From an uncultured Chthoniobacterales bacterium (GTDB lineage: Bacteria > Verrucomicrobiota > Verrucomicrobiia > Chthoniobacterales > Terrimicrobiaceae), in contig CAZSMN010000002.1 in assembly GCA_964607615.1 (NCBI GenBank), positions 1 to 46,575 on the forward strand: a DNA stretch of 46,575 nucleotides, given 5' to 3'. Shown here piece after piece: positions 24,744 through 34,787 of the stretch (within the stretch, counting starts at the first letter, position 1; each line of letters starts with the position of its first letter). Made by a program: the position numbers and the translations under genes. The notes beneath the pieces were generated by a model, which did not search any database, had not been told where the DNA came from, and saw nothing but the letters and a program-made list of their open reading frames with translations.

Positions 24744-26254
24744 AGCGGAATTTGACATTCCACACGCACTCCCGCCCCGGGTGAAGAAAAGATTTCCAGA
24801 CGACCGCCATGGACGGCAGCGCGGTGCTGCATGATTCTGAGTCCCATGCCGGTGAGGCCGTTGACGGGTGGCGTCTCCGGAAGACCCCTGCCGTTATCCT
24901 CGATGACCAGATGGATCCCGTCGTCGAGTTTTCGCAGGGTCACCTTCACCTCCGAGGCCCTGCCGTGCTTGCAGGCATTCTGGAGGGCCTCCTGGCCTAT
25001 GCGGTAGAGGTTGATGGCGAGATCCCTGTCGATGTCGTCGAGGCCTTCCCTGTCGCATTCAAACGGGCAGGAGAGATCGAAAAGCGCAGTGCTGTTCGCG
25101 GTGAGGTCGGCGAGGGCCGAGGCAAGGTTCCCGGATTCGAGAGCCGCCGGAGCAAGACCGCGCGAGAGGAGGCGCGTGTTGAGCATGGTGGCGCGAACAT
25201 TCTGAGCGATCGTTTGCAACCGGGGAAGCGCGGGGCTCCGGCGCGACATTTTCTTAACGGTGGCCTCGAGGGAAAAGTTGATGCCTGCCAGCTCTTGGCA
25301 GATCCCATCGTGGAGATCCCGGCCGAGGCGCTGCTGTTGGGCCTCGCCGATGGAAAGGATCTGTTTCTCAAGTTTTCTCCGCCGCGCGGCCTCGCGAAGG
25401 AGTCCATCATTGGCCGCTTCGAGGTCCGCCGTCCTGGTCTTTACCAGCAACTCCAGCCGGTCGTTGAAGTGTTCGAGGCACTGCTGCGCACGGGCTTGCA
25501 GCGTCACATCACGGAAGCTCCAGACGCGGCCGTGGATTTGATCTCCCACGAGCTGGGGTCGGGAGAAACGCTCGAGCGTGCGGCCATCTTTGAGCCTCAG
25601 CAGATCGAGGCTCTCCCGGTCGGGAGTCCTGTAGAGGGCGCGCACCTGTGACAGGAAGGCTTCGGGGTTCTCGAGCTTCGGAAGCACGAAATCGAGCAGC
25701 CGCGACTCCTCATCCGTGGCGCATACGGGTGTTGGAATTCCCCAGATCGCGAGGAACTGCCGGTTGTGCAGGAGAACGTGGCCGTGGAGGTCCACGACGA
25801 GGAGCCCGTCGGCGGTCGATTCGATCGTGGCTTCGAGAAGGGAGACCGATTCCCTCAATCGTCTCTTCATGGCGTGCCGCTGGAGCGCGATCTCTATCTG
25901 TATCGCAAGCTGGGCGGTCTGGATGGGCTTAAAGAGAAAGGCCAGCGGGTTCGCCTCCAGCGCGCGTCGGTGGATGTCGGACTCCGCATGGCCGGTGAGA
26001 AAAATGATGGGAAGATCGCGGTGGACCCTGATGGCCTCGGTGGCCCCGAACCCGTCCATTACGCCCGAGAGCATCAGATCCATCAGGACGAGGTCGGGAC
26101 ATTTCTCGACGACCGCTGCGGATACCCGCTCACCGCGATCGATGGTACCGCAGACGCCGTATCCGAGCATCCGCAGGCGGGAGGCGATATCCTCCGCGAC
26201 GATGGCATCGTTCTCCACAATCAAGATGGAGGCTTTGCTATTAGGCATCGTCAT
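24740..26254 (-). CDS. REC-PAS-HisKA_3-HATPase sensor kinase (NarX/LiaS-type core)
   Basis: From ATG 26254 (MTMPNSKASILIVEND): an N-terminal receiver, a PAS-like segment, an H-box RLGRDLHDGICQEL, and ATPase N/G boxes (IEDNGRGLP, GMGLRIMQHRA). Confidence 0.9.
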   Translation of the reverse strand: MTMPNSKASILIVENDAIVAEDIASRLRMLGYGVCGTIDRGERVSAAVVEKCPDLVLMDLMLSGVMDGFGATEAIRVHRDLPIIFLTGHAESDIHRRALEANPLAFLFKPIQTAQLAIQIEIALQRHAMKRRLRESVSLLEATIESTADGLLVVDLHGHVLLHNRQFLAIWGIPTPVCATDEESRLLDFVLPKLENPEAFLSQVRALYRTPDRESLDLLRLKDGRTLERFSRPQLVGDQIHGRVWSFRDVTLQARAQQCLEHFNDRLELLVKTRTADLEAANDGLLREAARRRKLEKQILSIGEAQQQRLGRDLHDGICQELAGINFSLEATVKKMSRRSPALPRLQTIAQNVRATMLNTRLLSRGLAPAALESGNLASALADLTANSTALFDLSCPFECDREGLDDIDRDLAINLYRIGQEALQNACKHGRASEVKVTLRKLDDGIHLVIEDNGRGLPETPPVNGLTGMGLRIMQHRAAVHGGRLEIFSSPGAGVRVECQIPL

Positions 26255-27044
26255 GGCGGGAGGCAGCCGGCCCGCCCACGTTGGCGGGTGCCGGTGGCGG
26301 CTGCTGAAGCCCGATGGATGTCGGGAAAACAACCTGGAATTCCACGCCCTTCTCCGTACGGGGTGTGCAGAACGTCGCACCGATTTGACGGACGATGAGA
26401 TCGACAAACCGGCGGGCCAGGCAACAGTCCCCCTTTGTCCCGTCTTCGACGCACGGCGGTGCGACATTGCTGCGGACGGTGAGGGTGGCGAGGTTTCCGG
26501 CGTCCGGTTTTAGGCTCAGGAAGAGCTGCTTTTCTGTCGGGTTGTCCGCAAAATGCCGGAACGCCATCGAGGCAAGCTCGTTGGTGAGCAGAGCGAACGG
26601 CACCGCAACATTGAGATCCGCCATGACGGAATCCAGATCCATCGTCAGGCAGACGCCCGAGAAGTCGCGTGCGTTGGCGCTCTTCAAGTATTGGAGAAGG
26701 TCCCTTACGCAAATCGCCAGATCGAGGCTTTCAACGTTTGGCGCACCGAGGATCTTTTCCTGCAGCAGGGCGATGGCGTGGACGCGGTCGCGCAGTTCCG
26801 AAAACAGCTGAAGGCTGACGGGCTCGAGGCATGAAGCCGCCTGAAGGTTCGTAATGCTGAGGATGAGCTGGAGGTTATTGCGCACGCGGTGACGCTGGCT
26901 CTTCAGCTCGCTTTCTCTTGCTTCGAGTTCTTCGGTAAGAACCGAAATACGCTGCCGGAGCCCACGGGATGTGGTCTGCTCGTGGTCGTTGGCTTTACAA
27001 TCCGACCGTTTGTCCGCGCGTAGCCTGCCCGCTGCGTTTTCCAT
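26241..27044 (-). CDS. Soluble HWE/HisKA_2-type histidine kinase without an obvious sensor domain
   Basis: From ATG 27044 (MENAAGRL..): a coiled leader, then the H-box SQRHRVRNNLQLILSI typical of HisKA_2/HWE kinases. The stop overlaps the start region of the next kinase. Confidence 0.8.
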   Translation of the reverse strand: MENAAGRLRADKRSDCKANDHEQTTSRGLRQRISVLTEELEARESELKSQRHRVRNNLQLILSITNLQAASCLEPVSLQLFSELRDRVHAIALLQEKILGAPNVESLDLAICVRDLLQYLKSANARDFSGVCLTMDLDSVMADLNVAVPFALLTNELASMAFRHFADNPTEKQLFLSLKPDAGNLATLTVRSNVAPPCVEDGTKGDCCLARRFVDLIVRQIGATFCTPRTEKGVEFQVVFPTSIGLQQPPPAPANVGGPAASRHDDA

Positions 27045-27078
27045 TACAACACTCCCTCCTAACAGCCTGAACACTAAA

Positions 27079-27657
27079 TTATTCCAAGGAAGAGTCAACG
27101 TGAACCTCCGAGGGGAACAGGACGGTCGGCCGGGATGTGCCAGGCCTCCAGAGCGTCTCATCTGTAACGGTGTTTCGTGCGTCTTCGAGTAGCGGACTGG
27201 ATTCCGCGATTCCGCTTTCAACCGGGTGCACGGAGAAGGAGACCGGATGTCTGGAGATCTCCGTCCGGGGCCAGCCGCTCCAGTTGTTCAGGCGTCTGGT
27301 GGAATGGGCGGGAACGAGGGCGAGGAGGGAGTGTTCGGAGTCTCCATTGAGGGAGAGCCAGAGTCCGAGCCATTGGCGCAGGGCCTCCGGTGCCTCCTCC
27401 TGGTGCCAGGAGGCCGAGAGGATAACCAGATAGGAAACGGCGGCGGCCGAGGCGGCGAGATCGCGCGTTCCGGAATCCTTGAGGTCCCTCATCCTCCACA
27501 CGCTCAGGCGCAGCGGCGTATCGTCACCCACACGGTTTTGGATGAGGTCGCAGATCTTCAGAGCGCGGGCCGCCGATTCAAAATCCTCGTAGAGGACGAC
27601 GGTTCGAAGAAGCGGACGGCGGGAGGTGCGCAGGGAGGGCGGGAGGAGCGGGGGCAT
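27079..27657 (-). CDS. Hypothetical protein (alternating beta/alpha pattern, possibly a flavodoxin/receiver-like fold)
   Basis: ATG at 27657 (MPPLLPP..), with TVVLYEDFESAARALKICDLI, LRLSVWRM, YLVILSAS and SLLALV strands. No signature motif. It lies 34 nt upstream of the HWE kinase on the same strand. Confidence 0.45.
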   Translation of the reverse strand: MPPLLPPSLRTSRRPLLRTVVLYEDFESAARALKICDLIQNRVGDDTPLRLSVWRMRDLKDSGTRDLAASAAAVSYLVILSASWHQEEAPEALRQWLGLWLSLNGDSEHSLLALVPAHSTRRLNNWSGWPRTEISRHPVSFSVHPVESGIAESSPLLEDARNTVTDETLWRPGTSRPTVLFPSEVHVDSSLE

Positions 27658-27727
27658 GGGGTGTTCTTTCAAAAGCATGCGGCAGAGTGCGGAGCGGCGG
27701 CGCCGTGCGCCATAGGGTGAAAGCCCC

Positions 27728-29053
27728 ATGGCCGGTGGTCCTGAAATCGATTTGGTTCAGGCCACCATGAAGACTGAATTACAGAACCATCCCAACGCTT
27801 CCGGGGCGGCGTGGGCTACGCCTGCCGCTTCCGCACGACATCCTGAGCCGGGAGCCGCGCCGCATGACGGCGATGCGGTCGAGGCGGAGATCACCGAGAT
27901 GTTGGCAAGGGTCGACGTGATCGTCGGCGGAGAGCGGCCGTGGGACATCCATGTCCATGACCGGAGATTTTTCCGGCGCCTGCGGGCGCATGGCACGCTG
28001 GGCTTCGGCGAAGCCTACATGGAGGGCTGGTGGGATTGTGCCGATCTGGAGGAGATGTGCTACCGCTGCATCAGCGCGCATATCGATGAGAAGCTGACGC
28101 CGAATGTGAAGACGATCGTCGAGGTCGCCTTCTCCGGCCTTCTGCACCTGCATTCGCGCCGGAAGCAGGACGAGGGATGCACCGGCCACTACGATCTCGG
28201 CAACGATTTCTTTGCCGCGATGCTGGATCCCGCGATGCAGTATTCCTGCGCCTACTTCGAGGGGACGGCCGATCTTGCGCTGGCGCAGCGGATGAAGATG
28301 GATCTGATCTGCCGCAAGCTTGGGCTCCGGCCCGGGATGCGGGTTCTGGATATCGGGTGCGGGTGGGGAGGCCTTGCCAAATACGCCGCGGAGAATTTCG
28401 GCTGTTCGGTGACGGGCATCACGCTGTCGGAGAAGCAGCGGTCATTCGCCGAGAAGCTGTGTTCGGGGCTGCCGGTCGAGATCCGGCTTCAGGACTACCG
28501 CGAGGTGTCGGAGGAGTTTGACCGCGTGGTGAGCGTGGGCATGCTCGAGCATGTGGGCTTTCACAACTATCGGAAGTTCATGGAGGTGGCGGACCGCTGC
28601 CAGAAGCCGGACGGACTTTTCCTCTGCCACACGATCGCGTCGAACAATTCGAGCGGCATCACCGACCCGTGGATTACGCGCTACATATTTCCCAACTCAA
28701 TGCTCCCTTCTGCCGCCATGGTGCTGGAGGCCTCGGAAGGGCTCTTTGTTCTCGAGGATGTGCAGAATCTCGGCACGCATTACGCGCCGACGCTCTGCGA
28801 GTGGGAGCGGTCGTTCTCCAAGTCGCGCGAGCAGTTTCATGCCCGCTTCGGGGAGCAGTTCCTGCGCATGTGGAGGCTTTACCTCCTCAGCTGTTCCGCG
28901 GCGTTCCGCGCCCGGAGCCTGCAGGTGTTTCAGTTCCTGTTTTCCAAGACAGGCTCTTCGATGGGCCACCTCAATTCGCTTTCCTACCGGGATGCCCGGC
29001 TGATGGATCATGAGGCCGTCTCACGGGTGAACTCCGGAGCGCGCGAACTTTAG
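27728..29053 (+). CDS. cfa: Cyclopropane-fatty-acyl-phospholipid synthase
   Basis: Collinear with E. coli Cfa as I recall it: HYDLGNDFF..MLDP.MQYSCAYF, GMRVLDIGCGWGGLAKY, RVVSVGMLEHVG, DPWI.RYIFPNS.LPS, AFRARSLQVFQF. The start is uncertain (ATG at 27728 or 27767). Confidence 0.93.
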   Translation: MAGGPEIDLVQATMKTELQNHPNASGAAWATPAASARHPEPGAAPHDGDAVEAEITEMLARVDVIVGGERPWDIHVHDRRFFRRLRAHGTLGFGEAYMEGWWDCADLEEMCYRCISAHIDEKLTPNVKTIVEVAFSGLLHLHSRRKQDEGCTGHYDLGNDFFAAMLDPAMQYSCAYFEGTADLALAQRMKMDLICRKLGLRPGMRVLDIGCGWGGLAKYAAENFGCSVTGITLSEKQRSFAEKLCSGLPVEIRLQDYREVSEEFDRVVSVGMLEHVGFHNYRKFMEVADRCQKPDGLFLCHTIASNNSSGITDPWITRYIFPNSMLPSAAMVLEASEGLFVLEDVQNLGTHYAPTLCEWERSFSKSREQFHARFGEQFLRMWRLYLLSCSAAFRARSLQVFQFLFSKTGSSMGHLNSLSYRDARLMDHEAVSRVNSGAREL

Positions 29054-29059
29054 AGAGGG

Positions 29060-29082
29060 TGCGCGGCGGGGTTGGCCGCGCA
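29060..29082. terminator. Hairpin between convergent cfa and the CheB/CheR gene (candidate bidirectional terminator)
   Basis: TGCGCGGC (29060-67), loop GGGGTTG, then GCCGCGCA (29075-82). It lies in the 45-nt gap between two stop codons. Confidence 0.45.
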
Positions 29083-29098
29083 TTCCTCGCCGGGGGGC

Positions 29099-32083
29099 TT
29101 ACGGTTGAGTCTGTCCCCCGCCGGTCCGCTCTGTCGTGAGGATGGCGTAAACCGTGCCGGTGGCATCCACAAGGGGCGATGCCACGACGGAGACCTCCAC
29201 GACAGCCCCGCCCTTCGCGATCCGGCGGAGAACGCTCGGATCGAGGCGGTGGGCCTCGCTGATCTGCCAGACCGTTTTCAACTGGAGGCTTTGCTCCTCC
29301 GGCGGCATGAGAGCAAGGATGTTCATTTGCAGGGCTTCTTCCTCCGTCCAGCCATAGATGCGCGTGGCGGCGGGGTTCCATGCGAGGATCCGGCCGTCGA
29401 GCGCGCGGACGATGATGGCATCGCGGGCATCGCGCACCACGGCGGCCAGGTGCCTCAGCGTCTGGGCCTCCTTGATCGCGTCGCCGGCCTTTTTGATATC
29501 CGTGATCTCGATGAACGTGATCACTGCACCGGCGATGACATTCTCGAGCGTGCGGTAGGGCCGGATGCGCAGCAGGAACCACCCGCCGTCACGCGCCTGC
29601 ACTTCGATCTCCTTCGGGACGAGGGTATCCAGAACGGATTGCACGTCGGCCACAAGATCGTCGTAGGCGGGGAGGTTGGTGACGATGTGGCCGATGGGGC
29701 GTCCGACATCTGCTGGGATCAGGTTGATGATATGGGCCGCCGACGGGGTGAACCTCTGGATAAGCTGGTTCTGGTCGACGAAGATGGTTCCGATTCCCGT
29801 GCCGGCCATGAGGTTGTTGATGTCGTTGTTGGCCTTGGAAAGATCGATCACTTTCGTTTGCAGTTCGGCATTCAACGTGGCGAGCTCTTCGTTGAGGGAT
29901 TGGAGTTCCTCCTTGGAAGTCTCGAGTTCTTCGTTGGTCGACTGTAGCTCCTCATTCATCGACTGCATTTCCTCGTTTGAGGATTTGAGCTCCTCGTTCG
30001 AGGTTTCGAGCGCTTCGCAGGTGCTTTCGAGGAATTCGTTTTTTGTGGTCAGTTCCGCTTTGAGCCTCGCGACGAGCGACCGGCCGCCTTTGGCGGGTGC
30101 GGCCTTGGGTTCCGGACCGGAGTCTCTCTTTGCCGGTGCAGGCAGCGTTTCCTCGAAGATCACGAGGTAGTGCGGTTTTGTGACCTCCGTCTCATGCTCG
30201 AGCGGCCCGATGGCGATGTCGACGTGCGTGGTCTCCCCGTTGTTCCGCACCTTGATACCGTGGACGGTGACGTTTGTTCTGCCGGATGTCGCCTTGTGGA
30301 AAGCCAGGCCCAGGGCGCGACGCAGGCCGCTGTGGGCCATCTTAAGAAGGTTCAGACGGGCGCCGCCTTCGGGCATAGGCTGGAGGTATCGCTCTGTCTG
30401 CCCGTGAAGGTAGAGGACGTCACCGCTTTCCGTAACGATTGCGGCCTTGAGGGGTGTGCCGGCGGGTAGCGAACGCTCCACGAGATGTGGCGGGAGGGTG
30501 TTTTTTGATGCCGGCAGCCCCCGCGCCGCGGAGCCCGGAGCGAGGATCTGCCGCTCAACCAGCGGCGGAAAGACCTGGGCGGAAGGCTCGATCCGCAGCT
30601 CCTCGTTTTTCCGGTAGATCTTCGCCGTCCGGTCGATGGGCAGGAAGAGTTCAGGGCTGTCGCCGGTGGTTTCGGAGGTGCCCAGAAAGAGCAGGCCGTG
30701 CGGGTTGAGCGCATATTGGAAAAGCCGGATCACGCGTTTCTGCAAGTGCCCCTGCAGGTAAATAAGAAGGTTGCGGCAGCTGATCAGGTCGAGTCGCGAG
30801 AAGGGAGGGTCTTTGATCAGATCCTGCTCGGAGAAGATGACCATCTCCCGCACGCGTTTGTGGATGCGATAGCTTCCGTCCGGCTCGTGCAGAAAGAAGC
30901 GGCGGAGTCGCTCCGGGGATATCGCTCCAGCAAGGGATGCGGGAAAAAGCCCGGCGCGGGCCTTGGCGATGGCGGCGCGGTCGATGTCGGTTGCAAAGAT
31001 CTGGACGCGGAACGATGTCTTGAGCCTCTCCGCATACTCGAGAAGAAGAATGCCGATCGAGTAGGCTTCCTCGCCGGTCGAACATCCGGGTACCCAGATC
31101 CGCACATACGATCCGGCAGCACGGGAGTGGAGCATCTCCGGGATCACTTTTTTCTCCAGGACCTTGAACGCTTCGGGATCGCGGAAAAACGACGTCACGC
31201 CGATCAGGAAATCTTGAAACAACGTGTCGATCTCGGAGGGCGTCCTCTGGAGGTAGAGGAGGAGATCATTCTTCTGGCGGATGTGCTGCACGGTCATCCG
31301 GCGCTCGATCCGCCGCGACAGGGTCTTTGTTTTGTATTGAGAGAAGTCGTGGCCGGTCCGGTTCTGAACGAGGATACAGATCTTTTTCAGGAAGTCCTCC
31401 GGGAAATCCTGGCCGGCGGGAGCGGGAGCCTTTCCGGACATCTTCGATCGGGCGGCTGTGGAGCGGAGCGCGGCCGGCATGTCTGCCGGCGATACGACCG
31501 CATCGGCGACACCGGCGTCGATGGCATGCCGGGGCATGGAGTCGTAGTCTGCGGATACAGGGCTCTGGACGAGGGTGCGGCCTCCTGCCCGCTTTATGGC
31601 CTTGAGCCCTTCGGTCCCGTCGCTGCCTGCCCCGGAGAGGACGATGCCGATGGCTCTACTGCTGAGATCCTGCGCGAGGGAGCGGAAGAAGAAATCGATC
31701 GGCAGGCGGTGGCCACGCGGCGCCGATGGTTCGAAAAGGTGCAGGATGCCATCGGACAGCGCCATGTCGCAGTTCGGCGGGATGATATAGGCCGCTCCCG
31801 GCTGGACCGGCAGCCCGTCGACCGCCTCACGCACCTTCATTTTCGTGTGTCGCTGGATCAGCTCGTCCAGGATGCTCCCGTGGTCGGGCTCAAGATGCTG
31901 GACAACGATGATGGCATGCCGTGCGATGTCGGCGGGCTTGAGCGCGGAAAAAAAAGCCGTCAGCGCCTTGAGGCCGCCTGCAGAGGTGCCGACGCCGATA
32001 ACGCTGAACGGCTTGTCGGCCGGATCAGCATCTTTTCGGGGTAGGGCAGGCTTGGGCGGCGTGGCGGGACTTTTCTTTTTCAT
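29099..32083 (-). CDS. CheB methylesterase - CheR methyltransferase - coiled coil - PAS fusion protein
   Basis: CheB core (VIGVGTSAGGLKAL, VVQHLEPDH, SGAGSDGTEGLKAIK). CheR core (FFRDPEAF, RIWVPGCSTGEEAYSIGILL, FATDID). Heptad-rich ELKSSNEEMQSMNEELQSTNEELETSKEELQSLNEEL, followed by two PAS-like repeats. ATG at 32083; a GTG at 32107 would overlap the upstream stop. Confidence 0.9.
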   Translation of the reverse strand: MKKKSPATPPKPALPRKDADPADKPFSVIGVGTSAGGLKALTAFFSALKPADIARHAIIVVQHLEPDHGSILDELIQRHTKMKVREAVDGLPVQPGAAYIIPPNCDMALSDGILHLFEPSAPRGHRLPIDFFFRSLAQDLSSRAIGIVLSGAGSDGTEGLKAIKRAGGRTLVQSPVSADYDSMPRHAIDAGVADAVVSPADMPAALRSTAARSKMSGKAPAPAGQDFPEDFLKKICILVQNRTGHDFSQYKTKTLSRRIERRMTVQHIRQKNDLLLYLQRTPSEIDTLFQDFLIGVTSFFRDPEAFKVLEKKVIPEMLHSRAAGSYVRIWVPGCSTGEEAYSIGILLLEYAERLKTSFRVQIFATDIDRAAIAKARAGLFPASLAGAISPERLRRFFLHEPDGSYRIHKRVREMVIFSEQDLIKDPPFSRLDLISCRNLLIYLQGHLQKRVIRLFQYALNPHGLLFLGTSETTGDSPELFLPIDRTAKIYRKNEELRIEPSAQVFPPLVERQILAPGSAARGLPASKNTLPPHLVERSLPAGTPLKAAIVTESGDVLYLHGQTERYLQPMPEGGARLNLLKMAHSGLRRALGLAFHKATSGRTNVTVHGIKVRNNGETTHVDIAIGPLEHETEVTKPHYLVIFEETLPAPAKRDSGPEPKAAPAKGGRSLVARLKAELTTKNEFLESTCEALETSNEELKSSNEEMQSMNEELQSTNEELETSKEELQSLNEELATLNAELQTKVIDLSKANNDINNLMAGTGIGTIFVDQNQLIQRFTPSAAHIINLIPADVGRPIGHIVTNLPAYDDLVADVQSVLDTLVPKEIEVQARDGGWFLLRIRPYRTLENVIAGAVITFIEITDIKKAGDAIKEAQTLRHLAAVVRDARDAIIVRALDGRILAWNPAATRIYGWTEEEALQMNILALMPPEEQSLQLKTVWQISEAHRLDPSVLRRIAKGGAVVEVSVVASPLVDATGTVYAILTTERTGGGQTQP

Positions 32084-32103
32084 GGCGGTGCGTGGCAGGG
32101 TCC

Positions 32104-33864
32104 TCACTGTCCCCGGTGCTTCTCTTTTGGCAATCCGCGAATCTTTGCCGGGCTTGCTGCTGCCGGCTTTTCTGCGCAGACCTTGTCCAGAAGGAGGCTC
32201 AGGTCCTGAAGGTCAATCGGCTTGGAAATATACTCCGTCATTCCCATAGCGAGGAACCTCTCGCGGTCGCCGCGCATGGCAAAGCCCGTCATCGCAATCA
32301 CAGGAAGGGCGGGGTCGGTCTTGCCCGCTTTGCCCGAGCGGATGACTCCGGTGGCGGTGATCCCGTCGATGTCCGCCATCTGGAGGTCCATCAGCACGCA
32401 GTCAAACGTCTCTTTGGCGAGGGCAGACAGGGCCTCGCTTCCGCTGGAGACGCACGTCACGAAATGCCCCATCTTTTCCAGAGCGAGCTCAAGCGTCATC
32501 AGGTTGATGGCATCATCCTCGGCAGCGAGAATGCGGAGCGGCTGACGGGGCGTGGCCGGGCCGGCGGGGCGCATCGGGTCGGCCGGGAGTTCGGCGGCGG
32601 ATTTATGCAGAGGCAGGGTGACTGTGACAGTGGTGCCCTGGCCCACGAGGCTCCGGATCTCCAAGGTTCCCTGCATGACCGCCGCGAGGCGCTTGCTGAT
32701 GGCAAGCCCCAGCCCGACGCCCTTGTAGGGCCGGTTGTCGCCGGCAGGGGCCTGGATGAAGGGCTGGCAGACATAGCCGAGCATCGCCGGGGGAATGCCA
32801 ATGCCGGAGTCCTCCACGGCAAGGATCACGGTTTCGAGCGACGGTTCCCGGGAAGGCGCACGGGTCGCGGTGATCTTGATCCTGCCGCGGTCAGTGAATT
32901 TCATGGCGTTGCCGACCAGGTTGAAAAGGATCTGCCGGATGCGCAGGCTGTCGCCGGTCAGCACCTTCGGGATCTCCGGTGCCAGAGCGAACTCGAGAGG
33001 AATTTTTTTCTCGCGCGCGACGGGCTCGAACGTCTCGGCAATCGCCTCGAAGATGTCGGCCAGCCGGAAGGGCATCTCGTTGAGAATCGTCCGTCCGGCC
33101 TCGATCCGGGAAATGTCCAGAATATCGGAAAGGAGCTCGGTGAGGCGACTGCCGGACCGCAGGGCCATCTCGGTGAGCTTGCGCTGGTCTTCATCGAGGT
33201 GGGACTGGCGGAGAAGCTGCACGACGCCCATGAGGCCGTTGAGCGGGGTCCGGATCTCGTGGCTCACGTTGGCGAGAAACTCGCTCTTGGCGTGGTTGGC
33301 CGACTCGGCGAGCTGGATCGCCTTGGCCAGCTGATCGCCGGCATCCCGTAGCTTCGAGATATCGGCCAGCGTGAGGCGTATCTCGTTCTGTGCCGATAGA
33401 GACAGCTGAAGCTGCACCCAGATGGGGGTGCGCTCCGCGCCGAGGAGCCGCATCTCCGCATACTCCTGCTTGCCCGCCTCCTTGATGCCGTGGCAGAGCC
33501 GGCAGAAGGCGGCCTGATCGTCGGGATGGACGAAGCTGTGGAACGGTTGATTGAGCAACCTCCCCCGGTTTTTCGAGACGAGGCGGGCAAACGCGAAATT
33601 GCTCTCGGTGATGAAGCCGTCGACGCCGAGCGTGACATAGCCGACCGGCGCGAGATCGTAGAGCTCGAAGTAGCGGTTGCGTGAGACCTCGAGCTGCGCC
33701 TGGACGTGGCGGAGCTCCTCATTCTGCAGCTCGAGTTCGACCTGATGGACATGGAGCTCGTGAACGGTCGCCTCGTTGCTGTCGTCCGGCACGCTGCCGA
33801 TCTGCCTCTCGGCGCGCTGGCGCAGGGAGAGATCGTCCGCCGCAGGGGGGGCTTTTTTCTTCAT
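32104..33864 (-). CDS. Hybrid sensor histidine kinase (PAS-HisKA-HATPase-REC)
   Basis: H-box FLANVSHEIRTPLNG, N/G boxes (NLVGNAMKFT, DSGIGIP, GVGLGLAISKRL), and a C-terminal receiver (ILAAEDDAINL..VLMDLQMADIDG). ATG at 33864 (MKKKAPP), or 33915. Confidence 0.9.
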   Translation of the reverse strand: MKKKAPPAADDLSLRQRAERQIGSVPDDSNEATVHELHVHQVELELQNEELRHVQAQLEVSRNRYFELYDLAPVGYVTLGVDGFITESNFAFARLVSKNRGRLLNQPFHSFVHPDDQAAFCRLCHGIKEAGKQEYAEMRLLGAERTPIWVQLQLSLSAQNEIRLTLADISKLRDAGDQLAKAIQLAESANHAKSEFLANVSHEIRTPLNGLMGVVQLLRQSHLDEDQRKLTEMALRSGSRLTELLSDILDISRIEAGRTILNEMPFRLADIFEAIAETFEPVAREKKIPLEFALAPEIPKVLTGDSLRIRQILFNLVGNAMKFTDRGRIKITATRAPSREPSLETVILAVEDSGIGIPPAMLGYVCQPFIQAPAGDNRPYKGVGLGLAISKRLAAVMQGTLEIRSLVGQGTTVTVTLPLHKSAAELPADPMRPAGPATPRQPLRILAAEDDAINLMTLELALEKMGHFVTCVSSGSEALSALAKETFDCVLMDLQMADIDGITATGVIRSGKAGKTDPALPVIAMTGFAMRGDRERFLAMGMTEYISKPIDLQDLSLLLDKVCAEKPAAASPAKIRGLPKEKHRGQ

Positions 33865-34028
33865 AGGGGAGGGGAGGGAGCGTCTGGCCGGAGCATGTCG
33901 CATACAAACGGGCATAACAACCCCGGCGATCGTGAGTCTCCATGGGGTAAGAACCCTACCATCTCCCGGTCACTTGGTGGGGTTTCGCCCCATGTCCGCG
34001 CAGGGAGCCGCGCGACAGAGTGCAAGAC

Positions 34029-34787
34029 ATGCACAGAAACACCTCGTGCGAAGTTATCCCTTTCGATTCTCCCGATGCCGAGCCGGAGGCCGATGCCGTG
34101 AGAGAGCTGGAGGCGTTCAGCTACTCGGTCTCCCACGATCTCCGCTCTCCGCTGCGGCACATCACGTGCTTTGTGGAGCTTCTTCAGAACGATCCCGAGC
34201 TCCGCGTGACCCCTGCGCAGCGGCACCGCCTCGACACCATAGCCGAAGAGGCGGCGCGGATGGGCGAGCTGATCGATCATCTGCTCGCCTTCTCGCGCAT
34301 CGGGCGCTCGGAGATGAACAGGAGCCGGGTCGATCTCAATGTGCTGGTCCGGGAGGCAAGGCAGGATCTCGCCGCCGAATGTGAAAACCGCACGATCCGC
34401 TGGTCGGTCGACGAACTGCCGACCGTGATCGCCGACCACTCCCTGCTGCGCCAGGCTTTTGTCAACCTGCTGTCGAACGCCATAAAGTTCACATCGAAAA
34501 AGAAGGTGGCGCGGATCCGGATCGAGTGCCTCAGCGAGGGGCCGGCGGACGTTGTCATCTCCGTGAAGGACAACGGGGCGGGGTTTGATCCCGCCTACAA
34601 ATCCAAGCTCTTCGGCGTCTTTCAACGGCTGCACCCGAACGATGAATTTGAGGGCTTCGGGATCGGCCTCGCGAACGTGCATCGGATTATCCACCGGCAC
34701 GGGGGAAGGACATGGGCGGATGGCGCGGTGGGCGCCGGGGCGAGGTTCTCCTTTTCGCTCCCGGTTTCCGCGGGGGGAGCGCCATGA
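34029..34787 (+). CDS. Sensor-less histidine kinase (phytochrome-partner-type HisKA/HATPase core)
   Basis: H-box ELEAFSYSVSHDLRSPLRHI, followed by NLLSNAIKFT, DNGAGFD and GIGLANVHRII. ATG at 34029 (GTG at 34020 is possible). Confidence 0.85.
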   Translation: MHRNTSCEVIPFDSPDAEPEADAVRELEAFSYSVSHDLRSPLRHITCFVELLQNDPELRVTPAQRHRLDTIAEEAARMGELIDHLLAFSRIGRSEMNRSRVDLNVLVREARQDLAAECENRTIRWSVDELPTVIADHSLLRQAFVNLLSNAIKFTSKKKVARIRIECLSEGPADVVISVKDNGAGFDPAYKSKLFGVFQRLHPNDEFEGFGIGLANVHRIIHRHGGRTWADGAVGAGARFSFSLPVSAGGAP

